From an uncultured Methanosarcinales archaeon (GTDB taxonomy: Archaea > Nanobdellota > Nanobdellia > Woesearchaeales > JAGLXL01): a stretch of DNA of 64,000 bases. Positions 1 through 10,600 of this stretch are shown here, in pieces; position 1 is the stretch's first letter; the number at the start of each line of letters is the position of its first letter. The DNA lies in assembly GCA_964384425.1 (NCBI GenBank), contig CAYLKE010000006.1, forward strand, positions 15,174 to 79,173, given 5' to 3'. The notes beneath the pieces are model-generated. The model saw only the letters and a program-made list of their open reading frames with translations, was not told where the DNA came from and ran no database searches. Both the position numbers and the translations under genes were made by a program.

Positions 1-2
1 TA

Positions 3-533
3 AATAAAGGAGAAATATGGAACAAAGTTGTTTCTTTATTTGGAAAAAAATATGAAGTTGAAGGTAATTATGTTGTTGCAACAGTTAGAGGAACAGCATT
101 TGGATTTAATGCTAATGGTGGTGATGAAATTTTTGTAGGAGAAGGTGAAGTTGATGCTAATGGAGAAAAAGTTGCTGAGGGCGAGCAATTTAATGCAGAT
201 AGTAAAGGGAGTAAGAAATCTCCTATGAGTGAGAAAAATAAAGAAAAAGTTAAAAAATACCTTACTGAACAATTTAAATCATATAATCAAATAATAAACA
301 AAAGACTTACAAGAAATACAATTATGAAAGCACTTGTTGATTCAAATGTTGATGAATCCCAAAGAAAACAAAGTGTAAAAGATTTTTTAGTTGGGGATCT
401 TGATGAATCTAAACTTAAGAAATATAACTATTTGCTTTCAAGTAAAGATGAAAAATTAATTGATGAAATAAAATCAGATAGAGAAAGAGCATTAAAATAT
501 TATTCAAAAGAGGAATTAAAAGATATAATCTAA
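3..533 (+). CDS. hypothetical protein, 5'-truncated by the window edge (track ORF 225..533 is only its C-terminal part)
   Basis: The frame of ORF 225..533 has no stop codon back to nt 3. The upstream translation (..YEVEGNYVVATVRGTAFGFNANGGDEIFVGEGEVDANGEKVAEGEQFNADSKGSKKSP-MSEKNK..) looks coding. No domain recognised. Confidence 0.45.
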   Translation, partial: NKGEIWNKVVSLFGKKYEVEGNYVVATVRGTAFGFNANGGDEIFVGEGEVDANGEKVAEGEQFNADSKGSKKSPMSEKNKEKVKKYLTEQFKSYNQIINKRLTRNTIMKALVDSNVDESQRKQSVKDFLVGDLDESKLKKYNYLLSSKDEKLIDEIKSDRERALKYYSKEELKDII

Positions 534-584
534 TCTGATAAAATATTTTTTTATATTTATATAATTTCTTTAAAAGGACACATT

Positions 585-1400
585 ATGACAGAACAAAAAA
601 ATAATCAACAAAATCCAGAACAACAGTGTATTTTTTGTCAGATAGTTAATAAGAAAATCCCTTCAAAAATACTATATGAAGATGATATTTGTATGGCTTT
701 TATGGATATAAAACCTGCATCTAAAGGACATGTTATTCTTATACCTAAAAAACATTCTGTTGTTGTAGATCACCTTTCTGATAAAGAGTTTAGAAATATG
801 TTTATTGTTGCAAAAAAAATATCTAATTCAATGCTAAAAGGGTTAAATTGTAAGGGAACAACTTTATTTTTAGCAAATGGTGCAATTGCAGGACAGAAAG
901 CACCACATACAATATTACACATAATTCCTCGTTATGATAAGGATGGGTTGGGTGTTATGAATTTAACTTACCAAGATCTTCCAGAAGAACAATGGAAAAC
1001 AATAAAAGACCTTATTGAATCAAAAGTTTTAGGAGATGGAACAAAACAGAAAAAATTAGAAGGTCCTAAAAAAGAAGATAAAGAAGATTCTGAAGAAGAT
1101 AAAAAACAAACAAATAAAACAAAACAAATAAAACAAACAAAAGAAAAAAAGAAACAAGAAAAACAAGTAAAACATTCTACAAAAAATAAAAATCAATCAA
1201 AAAATAAAAAAATAAATTCTTTGGAAAATATAGCTGAAGAAGATAACAATGAAAGAGAAGACAATGATTCAGAAGATAACAAAGTAAATAATAACAAAAT
1301 TGAAGATAATACAAATCAAGAAAATGAAGATGAGGGCGATAATACAACAAACCCAAAAGAAAATATTGATTTGGATGATATTGCTAATTTATTTAAATAA
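585..1400 (+). CDS. HIT-family (histidine triad) fold protein with a degenerate triad and a ~130-aa K/E/N-rich acidic-basic tail
   Basis: N-terminal CIFCQI motif, ..GHVILIPKKH.., ..ANGAIAGQKAPHTILHIIPR.. (HIT position reads H-x-I-x-H). Residues ~140-271 are low-complexity K/E/D/N. Confidence 0.7.
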   Translation: MTEQKNNQQNPEQQCIFCQIVNKKIPSKILYEDDICMAFMDIKPASKGHVILIPKKHSVVVDHLSDKEFRNMFIVAKKISNSMLKGLNCKGTTLFLANGAIAGQKAPHTILHIIPRYDKDGLGVMNLTYQDLPEEQWKTIKDLIESKVLGDGTKQKKLEGPKKEDKEDSEEDKKQTNKTKQIKQTKEKKKQEKQVKHSTKNKNQSKNKKINSLENIAEEDNNEREDNDSEDNKVNNNKIEDNTNQENEDEGDNTTNPKENIDLDDIANLFK

Positions 1401-1421
1401 AATGATCATGGGAGATAAAAT

Positions 1422-1904
1422 ATGAAATGTGTTTTTTGTAAACCAAAAAAAGATGAAGTGATAGTACATAATAAAGATTGCCTTGTTTTAGTACCTAGAA
1501 AGGCATTTTTACCTGGACACATAGTAATTTCTCCTATAAAACATTTTCATATATTGGAAAGAATAGACAATAATGTGTTGGAAGAATGTGCAGATCAAAC
1601 ATTGAAAATTTTTAAAAAATTACATTCTTTGGGTGTTCCTGGAACAAATTTACTTATTCAAAATGGTATTCCTGCAGGACAGACAATTGCACATTTTTCT
1701 ATAAATATTCTTATGCGTTCTCAAGATGATGGATTAAATATGGATTGGCAACCAAAAGATATACCTCCTGATGAAATAGAAGTTTCTTACCAATTAATAA
1801 AACAAGAACTTGAGAATATAAAAGATGATGAACCTTTGCCAGATGTTGAAGAGGAAAAGACTGAAAGTAAGGTGCTGAAAGATCAACTTAGAAGAATTCC
1901 TTGA
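1422..1904 (+). CDS. HIT-like fold protein, second tandem paralogue with a strongly degenerate triad
   Basis: CVFCKP.., ..GHIVISPIKH.., ..QNGIPAGQTIAHFSINILMR.. aligns to the HIT motif but reads H-x-S-x-N. Confidence 0.6.
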   Translation: MKCVFCKPKKDEVIVHNKDCLVLVPRKAFLPGHIVISPIKHFHILERIDNNVLEECADQTLKIFKKLHSLGVPGTNLLIQNGIPAGQTIAHFSINILMRSQDDGLNMDWQPKDIPPDEIEVSYQLIKQELENIKDDEPLPDVEEEKTESKVLKDQLRRIP

Positions 1905-1938
1905 TTTTATCTATTTAATTTAATTATTTTTATTATAC

Positions 1939-2772
1939 TTAGAAAAATACTATTCTACCAATTATAATAATATAAACAATAAATGCAATAAAAAATGCAG
2001 GTGCAAGAGCGATACCTTCTTTTATTGTTGTTTTTAAATTATATTTCTTTTTTCTTTTGACGACTTTTTTTATTTTATCTATGTCTTTTTGATCTATTCC
2101 ATCATATTTTGGAGTGTAGTATGTTTTTCTTCCAATTTTTATTTTATTTATTACCCAATCTCCTTCTCTAAGATCTAATAATCTTATTTTTTTAAAGAAA
2201 ATATCTTTTATTTGTGTTATTTCATATACAAATATTGCAACTGAACTTATCATGATTAATGATGCAAAAACAAATACTATATTGTTTTTTAATACAAAAG
2301 ACATTATCAAAAAAATAAGAGCTGTTAATATTAATATAATAAAATATGTTTTTTTTGTTTTTTTTATAGAATAATATAACAAAACACTAAACCCATATGC
2401 TCCAGAAGCTAATATTAATAATATTACAAAAATAAATGAAGAAGGAAAACTAAATATTTTTTCCCATATCCCTAGTCCTGTAAAACATCCTATTGCTCCA
2501 AGAAGCTTAACATCTCCTCCGCCCCATTGAGATAATCTGTAAAGAAAATATCCTGCTCCAAAAAGTACTAATCCACCTAAAACCCCTTCAATAAAAAGCA
2601 TACACCCAAATTCTAGAGAAAATATTGCTCTTAATAATAATGCAGAAAACGCTATTATTATATTAACTGTATCAGGTATTTCTTTTTTCTTCATATCCAC
2701 ATACACAGCAATACCAATTAATATCAATATAACTATGCTTGTGAAAAAATAAAAAGTATCATAATTAATCAT
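1939..2772 (-). CDS. A24-family prepilin/preflagellin peptidase-like membrane aspartyl protease
   Basis: Polytopic membrane protein. First Asp context ..KKKEIPD.., second Asp motif ..GGGDVKLLGAIG.. (GxGDxKL). The start was moved to the ATG at 2772 (MINYDTF..) because the longer track ORF overlaps the upstream gene. Confidence 0.7.
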   Translation of the reverse strand: MINYDTFYFFTSIVILILIGIAVYVDMKKKEIPDTVNIIIAFSALLLRAIFSLEFGCMLFIEGVLGGLVLFGAGYFLYRLSQWGGGDVKLLGAIGCFTGLGIWEKIFSFPSSFIFVILLILASGAYGFSVLLYYSIKKTKKTYFIILILTALIFLIMSFVLKNNIVFVFASLIMISSVAIFVYEITQIKDIFFKKIRLLDLREGDWVINKIKIGRKTYYTPKYDGIDQKDIDKIKKVVKRKKKYNLKTTIKEGIALAPAFFIAFIVYIIIIGRIVFF

Positions 2773-2803
2773 TTTATATTTTATTTTGTTTTTTATTATA
2801 CAA

Positions 2804-5800
2804 TTAAATAAATAATAACATTGAAATAACTTTTCCAATCCATGAAGATAAAAATTCCCACACCCATGCAAATGGTCTTTTAGGTATTTCTTGTTTATCA
2901 GATAAAGGCACTTCTGGTCCTTCTATTGGAGGAGAGGTTTCTTGTGCAATCTCTCCAAATTTTTTTGCTTTACTTGGATCCAAATGAACAAATTCTGATC
3001 TTTTCAGTTCAATATAATTATCTTGTGCTCTTTTTAATTCAAAAAATATGTCATAATAACCATCTTCATCTATATCTATAAAACTTCTTTTTCCTGGATT
3101 TATTTTCCAGTACCCTACAATACCCCTATTAAATTTATCTATTATTTTAATTGTAATCTTTTCCTTAATCTCAACTACACTTATCAAGTAAACTTTTTCG
3201 GGCATATCTATCTGTATGATATTTGAAAAATAAAAATTAATATTTTCGATATAATCTCCTATTCCAATAAGATAAAATATACTTCCTGATTTTGAAGTTG
3301 AACTTATCGTTTCTGTTGGTGTTGGAAATGCACCTAAAGTTGTTGTATTTGTATCAGTTGTTGTTTCATTAGTTATTTTTATATTTACTTTGTTTGTTTC
3401 TGCATAACTTCCATTAAAAAAAGCAAAGAACTCCCAAGTTGTTTCTGGTGTTCCATTTACTTTAACTTCCCAAGTTATATCACATGATTCTCCACCAGGA
3501 AGATTTTCTAAACATGAAATATCTGTTCCATTTACAGGATTTTGGGAAGTAGTATAAAAAGGACTTCCACTATTCATAGGAATAACACCTGGGTCACCAA
3601 CAACAAAGTCAAGACTTTTTGTATCTGTATTTGATTCATTATCTAAAGCAACTGCAGTGCATGTATGGGTTCCTGAAACTGTTGTATTATATGGTTTATA
3701 CCATATATCTCCATTTTGATTTCCATTTCCAAGAACCACTTCTGTTGAATCAGGTAATGTAATAGTGAAGTTGACTCCTGCAATATTATTTTCAGATGTC
3801 ACATTCACAGAACAATTCATTGTTTCGTCTTTACCTATTCTTGAAGGAGAAGTGGTTATTGAATTTATGGTTACATCAGAAGATGAACTACACGAATTGT
3901 TAAAAATAAGAATCGAACCATTTGTATAAGAATGAGCTATAGTTGCAACATAAAGATAATCTTCATTACAATAAATATCTTGAATGTTATTTTCTGTAAA
4001 ATTTATTTGATCTATAATAGACCAATCACTTTTATTAACCTGAGCAATAAAACCAGCTCCGCTCCAAGAAGTATCAAAACCTCCAAAATACATAAATTCA
4101 TTATCACCTTCATTTACAGTAAAACCAGTATAACTTAAAGTAGTATCATTATAATCATGAACAACTGAATAATCAGTTTTATTCCAAACTCTCAAGAAAA
4201 CTTCACACCAATTATTACAAAGTTGTCCAACACCATAAATATAATTATCATCTACATCAACATCCATTAAATTAGCTGAGCTAAATGTGCTGAGTGTGAT
4301 TGCACTTTGACCCCAATTACTCTTATTGAAAATGTATAAATTACCACTACTATGGCCTGAAGCATAAAGATAATTTTCATCATTAGCAAGGTTTCTTATT
4401 TTTCCAGAAGCAACTGTAAGATTAAAATCATTATTGAAATTATTGCTTTTATTTAAAACAACTATTGTTGTTTGAGTTCCAAAATAAACATAATTTTCAT
4501 CAGAATATGCTGCTTGAACATTATTACTTGAATTACTTGCACTAAATATATGTTTAAAGGGTGTTGAAAAATCAGTTCTATTCCAAACAGACATAGTTCC
4601 ATCTCTCCCACCAGAATATAGATATTTTGAATCACCATATACTGTCATCATACCCCCAGTCCATTGACCATTTGATTCTTTTCCAAATTTATTAAAAAAA
4701 GAAAGATCAGTTTTATTAAAAGCAAATACATAATTTTCTGCATCATACCAATTGGAATCATCTGAAGTAGCAAATATAAAATTATCATCTGCATAAACTG
4801 AATGAGCATAAGCAGGAACAGAAATATTCTTATCGGGAAGAAATTCTAAAGGATCTAATGTTGCAATAATATCTGTGCAATTAAATCTTGAAGGAGAATT
4901 ACAAGTAACTCTTGCTGTAATATTAAAAGCACCTCCATTTTTGACATTTGTTGTGCCTTGATGAGAGGTTATTGTAGCAAGACCAATATCTCCTTTTATT
5001 ATAAACTGGCCAGATTGATATGAAGAACAACCATATTCATTACATATTTTTGCATACCAATAAAATGGATTAGCAGAAGAACTACTAACAGTGTGGGAGT
5101 TTGTCGTAATTTCTTGATTACTCTCGTAGTCTGAATAAGCTAAACATCCTGTTCTAGAATTAAAATTACAATTGGTGAATGAAGTTGAATCAGAGATTAA
5201 TAAAGTTAAATTGTTGTTGCAATTATCAGAACTCCAATTAGCAGTCCAAGTAATATTATCTCCAAATCTTGCAGGAAAGTTTCCATTTGTTTGAATGTTT
5301 GTCATAGAAGGAGAACCTCCAACAATACTAACTTTATTTGATTCTTTGTAATCCGAATAATTTTCTCCATCAAAAGCTTTTACATTAATATGCCATGTTT
5401 CTTCTTCACATGTTTCAGAATAATTTATTTCATCTAAAAATGTCATAGAAGAAGGAGTTTGGTTTTTTACTTTAAAACCCCCTAATTTTAATAAAAGTGC
5501 TTTATCAATACTTAACGAAGTATTTTCCCAGGCTCCAGTAATAATTGTTTCATCTTTATTGTTTATATCTATGTCATTAGCCCCATCATAATCAGTTACA
5601 TTAAGTATATTTGAATAAAACACCGTAGAATTAGGATATATTTTATAATAATAAATTTTATTTGAATCTGAACCAGCACTAGTATTCTGATTATTTCCTA
5701 TTACAAAAATATTGCCATCTTCATTTATTTTTAAAGATTCTATACCCACCAATGAATAAGATGGCCCAAATGTATTACCCCAAATAAGAGATATATTCCA

Positions 5801-6811
5801 AAGTTCATCTCCCGAAGAATTAAACTTAACAATACCTCCATCTGTAGTACCTGAACCACCACCAAAAAAGAAAGAACTACGAGCACAATAAATATTATTT
5901 TCATTATCTATGTCTAGTTTATTTGGAACATAAGTATCATCCCCCCATATTCTTGACCATATCAGATTTCCTGTAGAATTAAATTTTAAAATTTTGATAC
6001 CTAAACTAGTTTTATTTCTTGCAATTACTACGATGTCATCATCATTATCTATTTTTATATCTTCTAGGCTATACGAATCTATTGAAACATTCCAAATTCC
6101 ATTTCCATTAGAATCTAATTTGATAACTCTATTTGAAGTTCCAGAACTCGAAGCAATGAAAATATTTCCTTGTGAATCCAAATCAATCCCTCTTCCTGAA
6201 CTTGAAAAAGAAAAAGTTCTATTCCATTGTTTTGTACCATTAGGATAAAATTTTCCCAACCATACATGATATGCACTCAAATTAATACTTCCTGTAGCAT
6301 AAATATTGTCATTTTTATCAATAACAATATCTTCTATCCGATCTCTTCCATTTGCAGGACCATCTTCAATATAACTCCAAAGTAAATTTCCTTCATCATT
6401 ATATTTAATTAAATATAAATCTTCATTTACTGTTTTATAATTGCCTCCAATAATAACATTATCATCACTATCATGAGCTATTGCATTTCCATTTGAAATA
6501 AGTGGACTTACATTTCTAAAAATATTATATTTTTTTACATCATCCTTATACCAGAATCCTGAATAACTAACATTATCTCCATCACTATCTGTTGCTAATG
6601 CCCATGCTAATAAATTTTCATTAATCAAATTATTTCCAGAACTAGTATTAACAATTGCTTGAGATATAGAGGGCAAAGCTCCTGCAATTGATGCGCCTGT
6701 TAAATCTTTTCCTTGTATCAAGAAAAACGCAGTTATAGAAAATCCAATGAATAATAATATGAAAACAGTTGCAGCTGCTTGTGATAAATACTTATCCTCT
6801 TTTTTAGCCAT
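2804..6811 (-). CDS. giant (1335 aa) membrane-anchored surface protein with beta-propeller-type repeats
   Basis: N-terminal hydrophobic anchor (AAATVFILLFIGFSITAFFLI). Many recurring ..D..GNIY/IFxxGS.. units typical of SBBP/beta-propeller repeats. N/S/T-rich Ig-like middle regions and a C-terminal hydrophobic segment. Confidence 0.65.
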   Translation of the reverse strand: MAKKEDKYLSQAAATVFILLFIGFSITAFFLIQGKDLTGASIAGALPSISQAIVNTSSGNNLINENLLAWALATDSDGDNVSYSGFWYKDDVKKYNIFRNVSPLISNGNAIAHDSDDNVIIGGNYKTVNEDLYLIKYNDEGNLLWSYIEDGPANGRDRIEDIVIDKNDNIYATGSINLSAYHVWLGKFYPNGTKQWNRTFSFSSSGRGIDLDSQGNIFIASSSGTSNRVIKLDSNGNGIWNVSIDSYSLEDIKIDNDDDIVVIARNKTSLGIKILKFNSTGNLIWSRIWGDDTYVPNKLDIDNENNIYCARSSFFFGGGSGTTDGGIVKFNSSGDELWNISLIWGNTFGPSYSLVGIESLKINEDGNIFVIGNNQNTSAGSDSNKIYYYKIYPNSTVFYSNILNVTDYDGANDIDINNKDETIITGAWENTSLSIDKALLLKLGGFKVKNQTPSSMTFLDEINYSETCEEETWHINVKAFDGENYSDYKESNKVSIVGGSPSMTNIQTNGNFPARFGDNITWTANWSSDNCNNNLTLLISDSTSFTNCNFNSRTGCLAYSDYESNQEITTNSHTVSSSSANPFYWYAKICNEYGCSSYQSGQFIIKGDIGLATITSHQGTTNVKNGGAFNITARVTCNSPSRFNCTDIIATLDPLEFLPDKNISVPAYAHSVYADDNFIFATSDDSNWYDAENYVFAFNKTDLSFFNKFGKESNGQWTGGMMTVYGDSKYLYSGGRDGTMSVWNRTDFSTPFKHIFSASNSSNNVQAAYSDENYVYFGTQTTIVVLNKSNNFNNDFNLTVASGKIRNLANDENYLYASGHSSGNLYIFNKSNWGQSAITLSTFSSANLMDVDVDDNYIYGVGQLCNNWCEVFLRVWNKTDYSVVHDYNDTTLSYTGFTVNEGDNEFMYFGGFDTSWSGAGFIAQVNKSDWSIIDQINFTENNIQDIYCNEDYLYVATIAHSYTNGSILIFNNSCSSSSDVTINSITTSPSRIGKDETMNCSVNVTSENNIAGVNFTITLPDSTEVVLGNGNQNGDIWYKPYNTTVSGTHTCTAVALDNESNTDTKSLDFVVGDPGVIPMNSGSPFYTTSQNPVNGTDISCLENLPGGESCDITWEVKVNGTPETTWEFFAFFNGSYAETNKVNIKITNETTTDTNTTTLGAFPTPTETISSTSKSGSIFYLIGIGDYIENINFYFSNIIQIDMPEKVYLISVVEIKEKITIKIIDKFNRGIVGYWKINPGKRSFIDIDEDGYYDIFFELKRAQDNYIELKRSEFVHLDPSKAKKFGEIAQETSPPIEGPEVPLSDKQEIPKRPFAWVWEFLSSWIGKVISMLLFI

Positions 6812-6990
6812 AAAACTATTAATATTAAATTATTTATAAATATTACTGAAACATTATGGTTTCAGTTGTATTTATGCTTGAAAACACTTAAAAATTGTTT
6901 TACAATTTTTGGTGTGCCAAAAACTTAGTTTTTGTGTATTTTTTATTTTCATGGTATAAATATTTCTAACAAAAATAAAAGAAATAAATA

Positions 6991-7614
6991 TTATTCTTCC
7001 TTTTTCTTAAGTTTATAATTCTCTCCATCAAGTTCAATAAATCCCTTATCAATCATTTCATCTAATGTGTCTTCAAGTGCATCAAGTTTAATACCTGTTA
7101 TTTTGCTTAAGACTTCAGAAGAAAGATTATTTCTGCTTAATAAGAAAGTTACAAAATTAATCAATATTGCCTTTGCATTGTTATTGAGGATTTTTATCTT
7201 CATAGATGCATTTTTAATTTTTGCATCATTCTCATGCATCTTAGCTTGGAAATCATTAATATAGTCGCTAAATTCTTTTGAATTTATCTGAAATCTATCT
7301 GGTTCAATTATTTCTAAATTACTTGGTTGGTATTCAAATGCAAGATAACTTAATGTATTCATGTCTTTACAAAGTAGTTCACATTCTGCAAATGCAATAA
7401 AGATTTCTTGATCTTTTACTTTCTCTGGTTTTGATAATTTAGCTTTCAATAAATAAATATCTTCTTCATCTGTTTTTATCTTTTCAATCATTTTTTTAAG
7501 AACTTCATCTATAAAAGATTCCTCATTACCACCAACTTCGATAATAGTTCTTAATCTAATTCCACCTTCTTTGATTGTTTGATCAATCTGTTTAGGATCT
7601 GTTATTTCTGCCAT
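6991..7614 (-). CDS. hypothetical protein with a C-terminal winged-helix-like segment, immediately downstream of smc
   Basis: 207-aa ORF, same strand, 68 nt after the smc stop. The C-terminus LSSEVLSKITGIKLDALEDTLDEMIDKGFIELDGENYKL looks wHTH-like. Confidence 0.55.
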   Translation of the reverse strand: MAEITDPKQIDQTIKEGGIRLRTIIEVGGNEESFIDEVLKKMIEKIKTDEEDIYLLKAKLSKPEKVKDQEIFIAFAECELLCKDMNTLSYLAFEYQPSNLEIIEPDRFQINSKEFSDYINDFQAKMHENDAKIKNASMKIKILNNNAKAILINFVTFLLSRNNLSSEVLSKITGIKLDALEDTLDEMIDKGFIELDGENYKLKKKEE

Positions 7615-7682
7615 TTTATATTTATTTATTATTAGGGTGTTTTAAAGTTTTTCTCTTATATTATATAAATGATAGAAAAAGA

Positions 7683-10600
7683 TTATAATTTCAAACTAAC
7701 AACTTTACTCTTTTCTTCGCCTGTAACACTAACTCCAAAGATTGTGTCTGATAAAGATAAAACAGCATCATTGTGTGTTACAACTAAGTATTGTGCTCTG
7801 TCAGAATATTCTTTTATCATCTTAGCAAGTATTTCTGAGTTTCTTTTATCAAGAGCTGCATCAACTTCATCCAAAATATAGAAAGGATGTGGTTCGTGTT
7901 CTTGAATAGAGAATATGAATGCAAGTGCTGTAAGGGATTTTTCTCCTCCAGAAAGAGATTTAATATCAACATATCCATTTTTCTTTTTAACTTTTATCTC
8001 AACTCCACCTTCAAATGGATTTTTCTCATTTTCTACTTTTATAATTGCTTTTCTTTCTTTCTTATTATTTAACAAACTGAAAAATTTTCCAAATTGTTCA
8101 TTAAGTTCATTAAACTTAACAAAGAATTTTTCCTTTTTCCTTTCTTCTAGTTCTGCCATTAATTTTTCAACATCAATTTTTTCTTTTTCAAGAACTTTTT
8201 TCTTATCAAGAAATAGATTATACTCATTTTCTACTTGTTCATATATTTCAAGTGCTTTTAGATTAACTGCATCCATATTAGAAAGAACTGCTTCAAATTT
8301 ATTTACATCTCTTTTCAGCTCATCTACATTCTTGTTTTTCATTATTTTATGTTCTTTATATTGTTCAAATTCACTTTCAAGACCATTTAAACGAGCTTTA
8401 ATCTCAGCTCTTTTTAATGAATATTTGTTTCCTTCTATCTCTATTTTTCTATTTTTTTCTTTAATATCATTTATTAAATTATTTCTTGCTTTTATTTCAT
8501 CTTGTAATTTATTTCTTTTTTCAAATAATCCTTTATATTGAGAATGGAATTTTTTACTTGCTTTTTCTTTGTTTTCAAGATTATTTTCAAGACCTTTTAA
8601 TCTAGAATGTATTTCTTTAAGTTCTTTTTTGAAAAGTTCATAATCTTTTTCTTGAGATTTGATAATTTTTTCAATTTTATTCATTTCAGGTTTATGTATT
8701 GTAGATATTTGCATATCTATGTTTTCTTTATCTTTCTTAAGTGCAATCAATCTTCTAGATATATTCTCTCTTGCTTCTCTTAAAGAAGTTATTTCAGCAA
8801 TAAGTCTTGGATTTCTAAGTTCACTTACTTCATCTCTTAATTGATTTTTCTTAGTTTTAAGATTGGCAATATTCATATTTATCTTTCTTAATTCATCTCT
8901 TGTCTTTTCAATCTTATTCTCTACAAAAGTTGCCTGTTTTTGAAGGTCCTGTTTTTTGGACATAGAAAGTTCAAGCTCTCCTTTGTCAAGATGAAGTGAT
9001 TTTTCTTTTTTGATAATCTCTCCTTCTAATTCATGTTTATTTATTCTTAAATCATTTATCTTTTTTTCATTATCTTCTCTATCTCTTATTAGTTTTGAAA
9101 GCTGAGATGTTATATTTGCAATATCTGATTCAATTTGTGATAATTCTTTTGAATAATCTTCTTTAAGGAGTCTTACTTTTCTGTTTCTGTGTATGTGTCC
9201 TCCTCTCATAGCACCACTTGTATCCATAAGATCGCCAGTAAGTGTTATCATTCTATGCCTACCTATACCTACATTTCTTGCTGTATCAACATCATCTACA
9301 ACAAGTGTATTTCCAAAAACATTTGAAAATGCATTCTTGTATCTATGATTAAAATTAATAAGGTCAATTGCCTTTCCATGTACTCCTTCTTTTTTACATG
9401 TGTTTCTAATAGAGGTATCTTCTCTTGCACCTTTTACTTTATTCAAAGGAAGAAATGTAACAACACCTAATTTATTTTTTTTAAGATATTTTATAAGTTC
9501 AGAAGCAACTCTGTCATTTTCAACAACAACACTTTTTATTTTTGCTCCAGCACATGTTTCCAATGCTAAAGAATATCTTTCTTTTGTTTTTCCTAGTTGA
9601 AATATTGTTCCATGAATATCTTTATTGCTTTTTTTAAGTTCAAGTATTCTTTTTAATGCCATATCTTTAGAAAACATTTCCATTGCAGCACTGCTCTTAG
9701 CATCTATTATGTTTCTATCTTTTTCTTTTTCATTAAGCTCATCTCTTAAACTTTTTATTTTTCTACTAAAATCTCCATCATTATCAAGAACTCTATTTAG
9801 CTCTTCTGTAGTTGCTTTTAATCTTTTTTGCATACTACTTATCTCATCTAATTGTGCAGAATGCTGTTTTTTTATTTCATTAACTTTATTTATAGCTTCT
9901 TTTAATGAATTTATATTGAAATCAATTTTATCTTTTTCTCTGAAAAGTTCTTGTTGTTCATTTCTTAATTTATGGATGTTATCATTTTGGTTTTCAATTT
10001 CTTCATCAATATTTTTTAATTCTTCATCAATATTTCCTGCATCAGCAATCTTGTTTTTTTTATTGAATTTTTCAATTTTTTCAGTTATTTGTTTTTCTGA
10101 TTGTGTTTTTTCATTTATTTCATTTTCAAATTCAATTTTTGCTTCATCAAGTTGTTTTATTTTTTCTTTTATACCTTCAAAATCTTTTAACAATTGTTCT
10201 TTTCTCTGTTCAATTTTAGAAATTTCATCTTTTACAGTATTTAATCTGGAATTTGAATTTGCAATATCAACCCTTAAATCTGATATTTGTTGATTAAGTT
10301 CTATTTGTTCTTTTTCACCTTTTTCTTCTATTTCTTTATTCAACAAAGACACTCTTTCTTCTTTTTCTTCAATATCCTTTTCATATTTCCCTACTTTTGT
10401 TTTGTTTTTTTCACCTTTTTCTTCTAAGTCAGAAATATTTTTCTCAAGTTTTTCATTTGTTGATCTTGCTTCTTTTATGAGTTTGTCAAGATATGTTGCC
10501 TTATAACTACCTATTTTATCTTTTATCTCTTTATATCTTAATGCATAATCTCTATCACTTTTAAGTTCTTTAAGATGTTGTTTTCTTTCTCCTATAACAA

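Noticed and set aside
36-272. 78-aa minus-strand ORF at the left edge.
   Set aside because: It is an F/I/N-rich antisense shadow of the plus-strand frame that stays open from nt 3 to 533.
6700-6811. Class III (type IV pilin-like) signal peptide at the N-terminus of the giant surface protein, given the adjacent prepilin peptidase.
   Set aside because: The sequence MAKKEDKYLSQAAATVFILLF lacks the [KR]-[GA] cleavage dipeptide immediately before the hydrophobic stretch. The same is true of 11301..11861 (KKGIGKIL). I cannot support pilin-type processing from sequence.
6991-7614. Calling the gene downstream of smc ScpA (kleisin) or ScpB.
   Set aside because: The N-terminus does not resemble the ScpA SMC-binding helix motif, and only one winged-helix-like segment is visible where ScpB has two. 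Position alone is not sufficient, so it is left as hypothetical.
7915-10293. Long plus-strand ORFs inside smc (7915..8541, 9625..10293, and shorter ones at 7669, 7887, 8659 and 9400).
   Set aside because: They are S/F/L/I-rich low-complexity translations lying exactly antisense to the K/E-rich coiled-coil coding region of a well-supported SMC gene. These are shadow ORFs produced by AT-rich codon bias.
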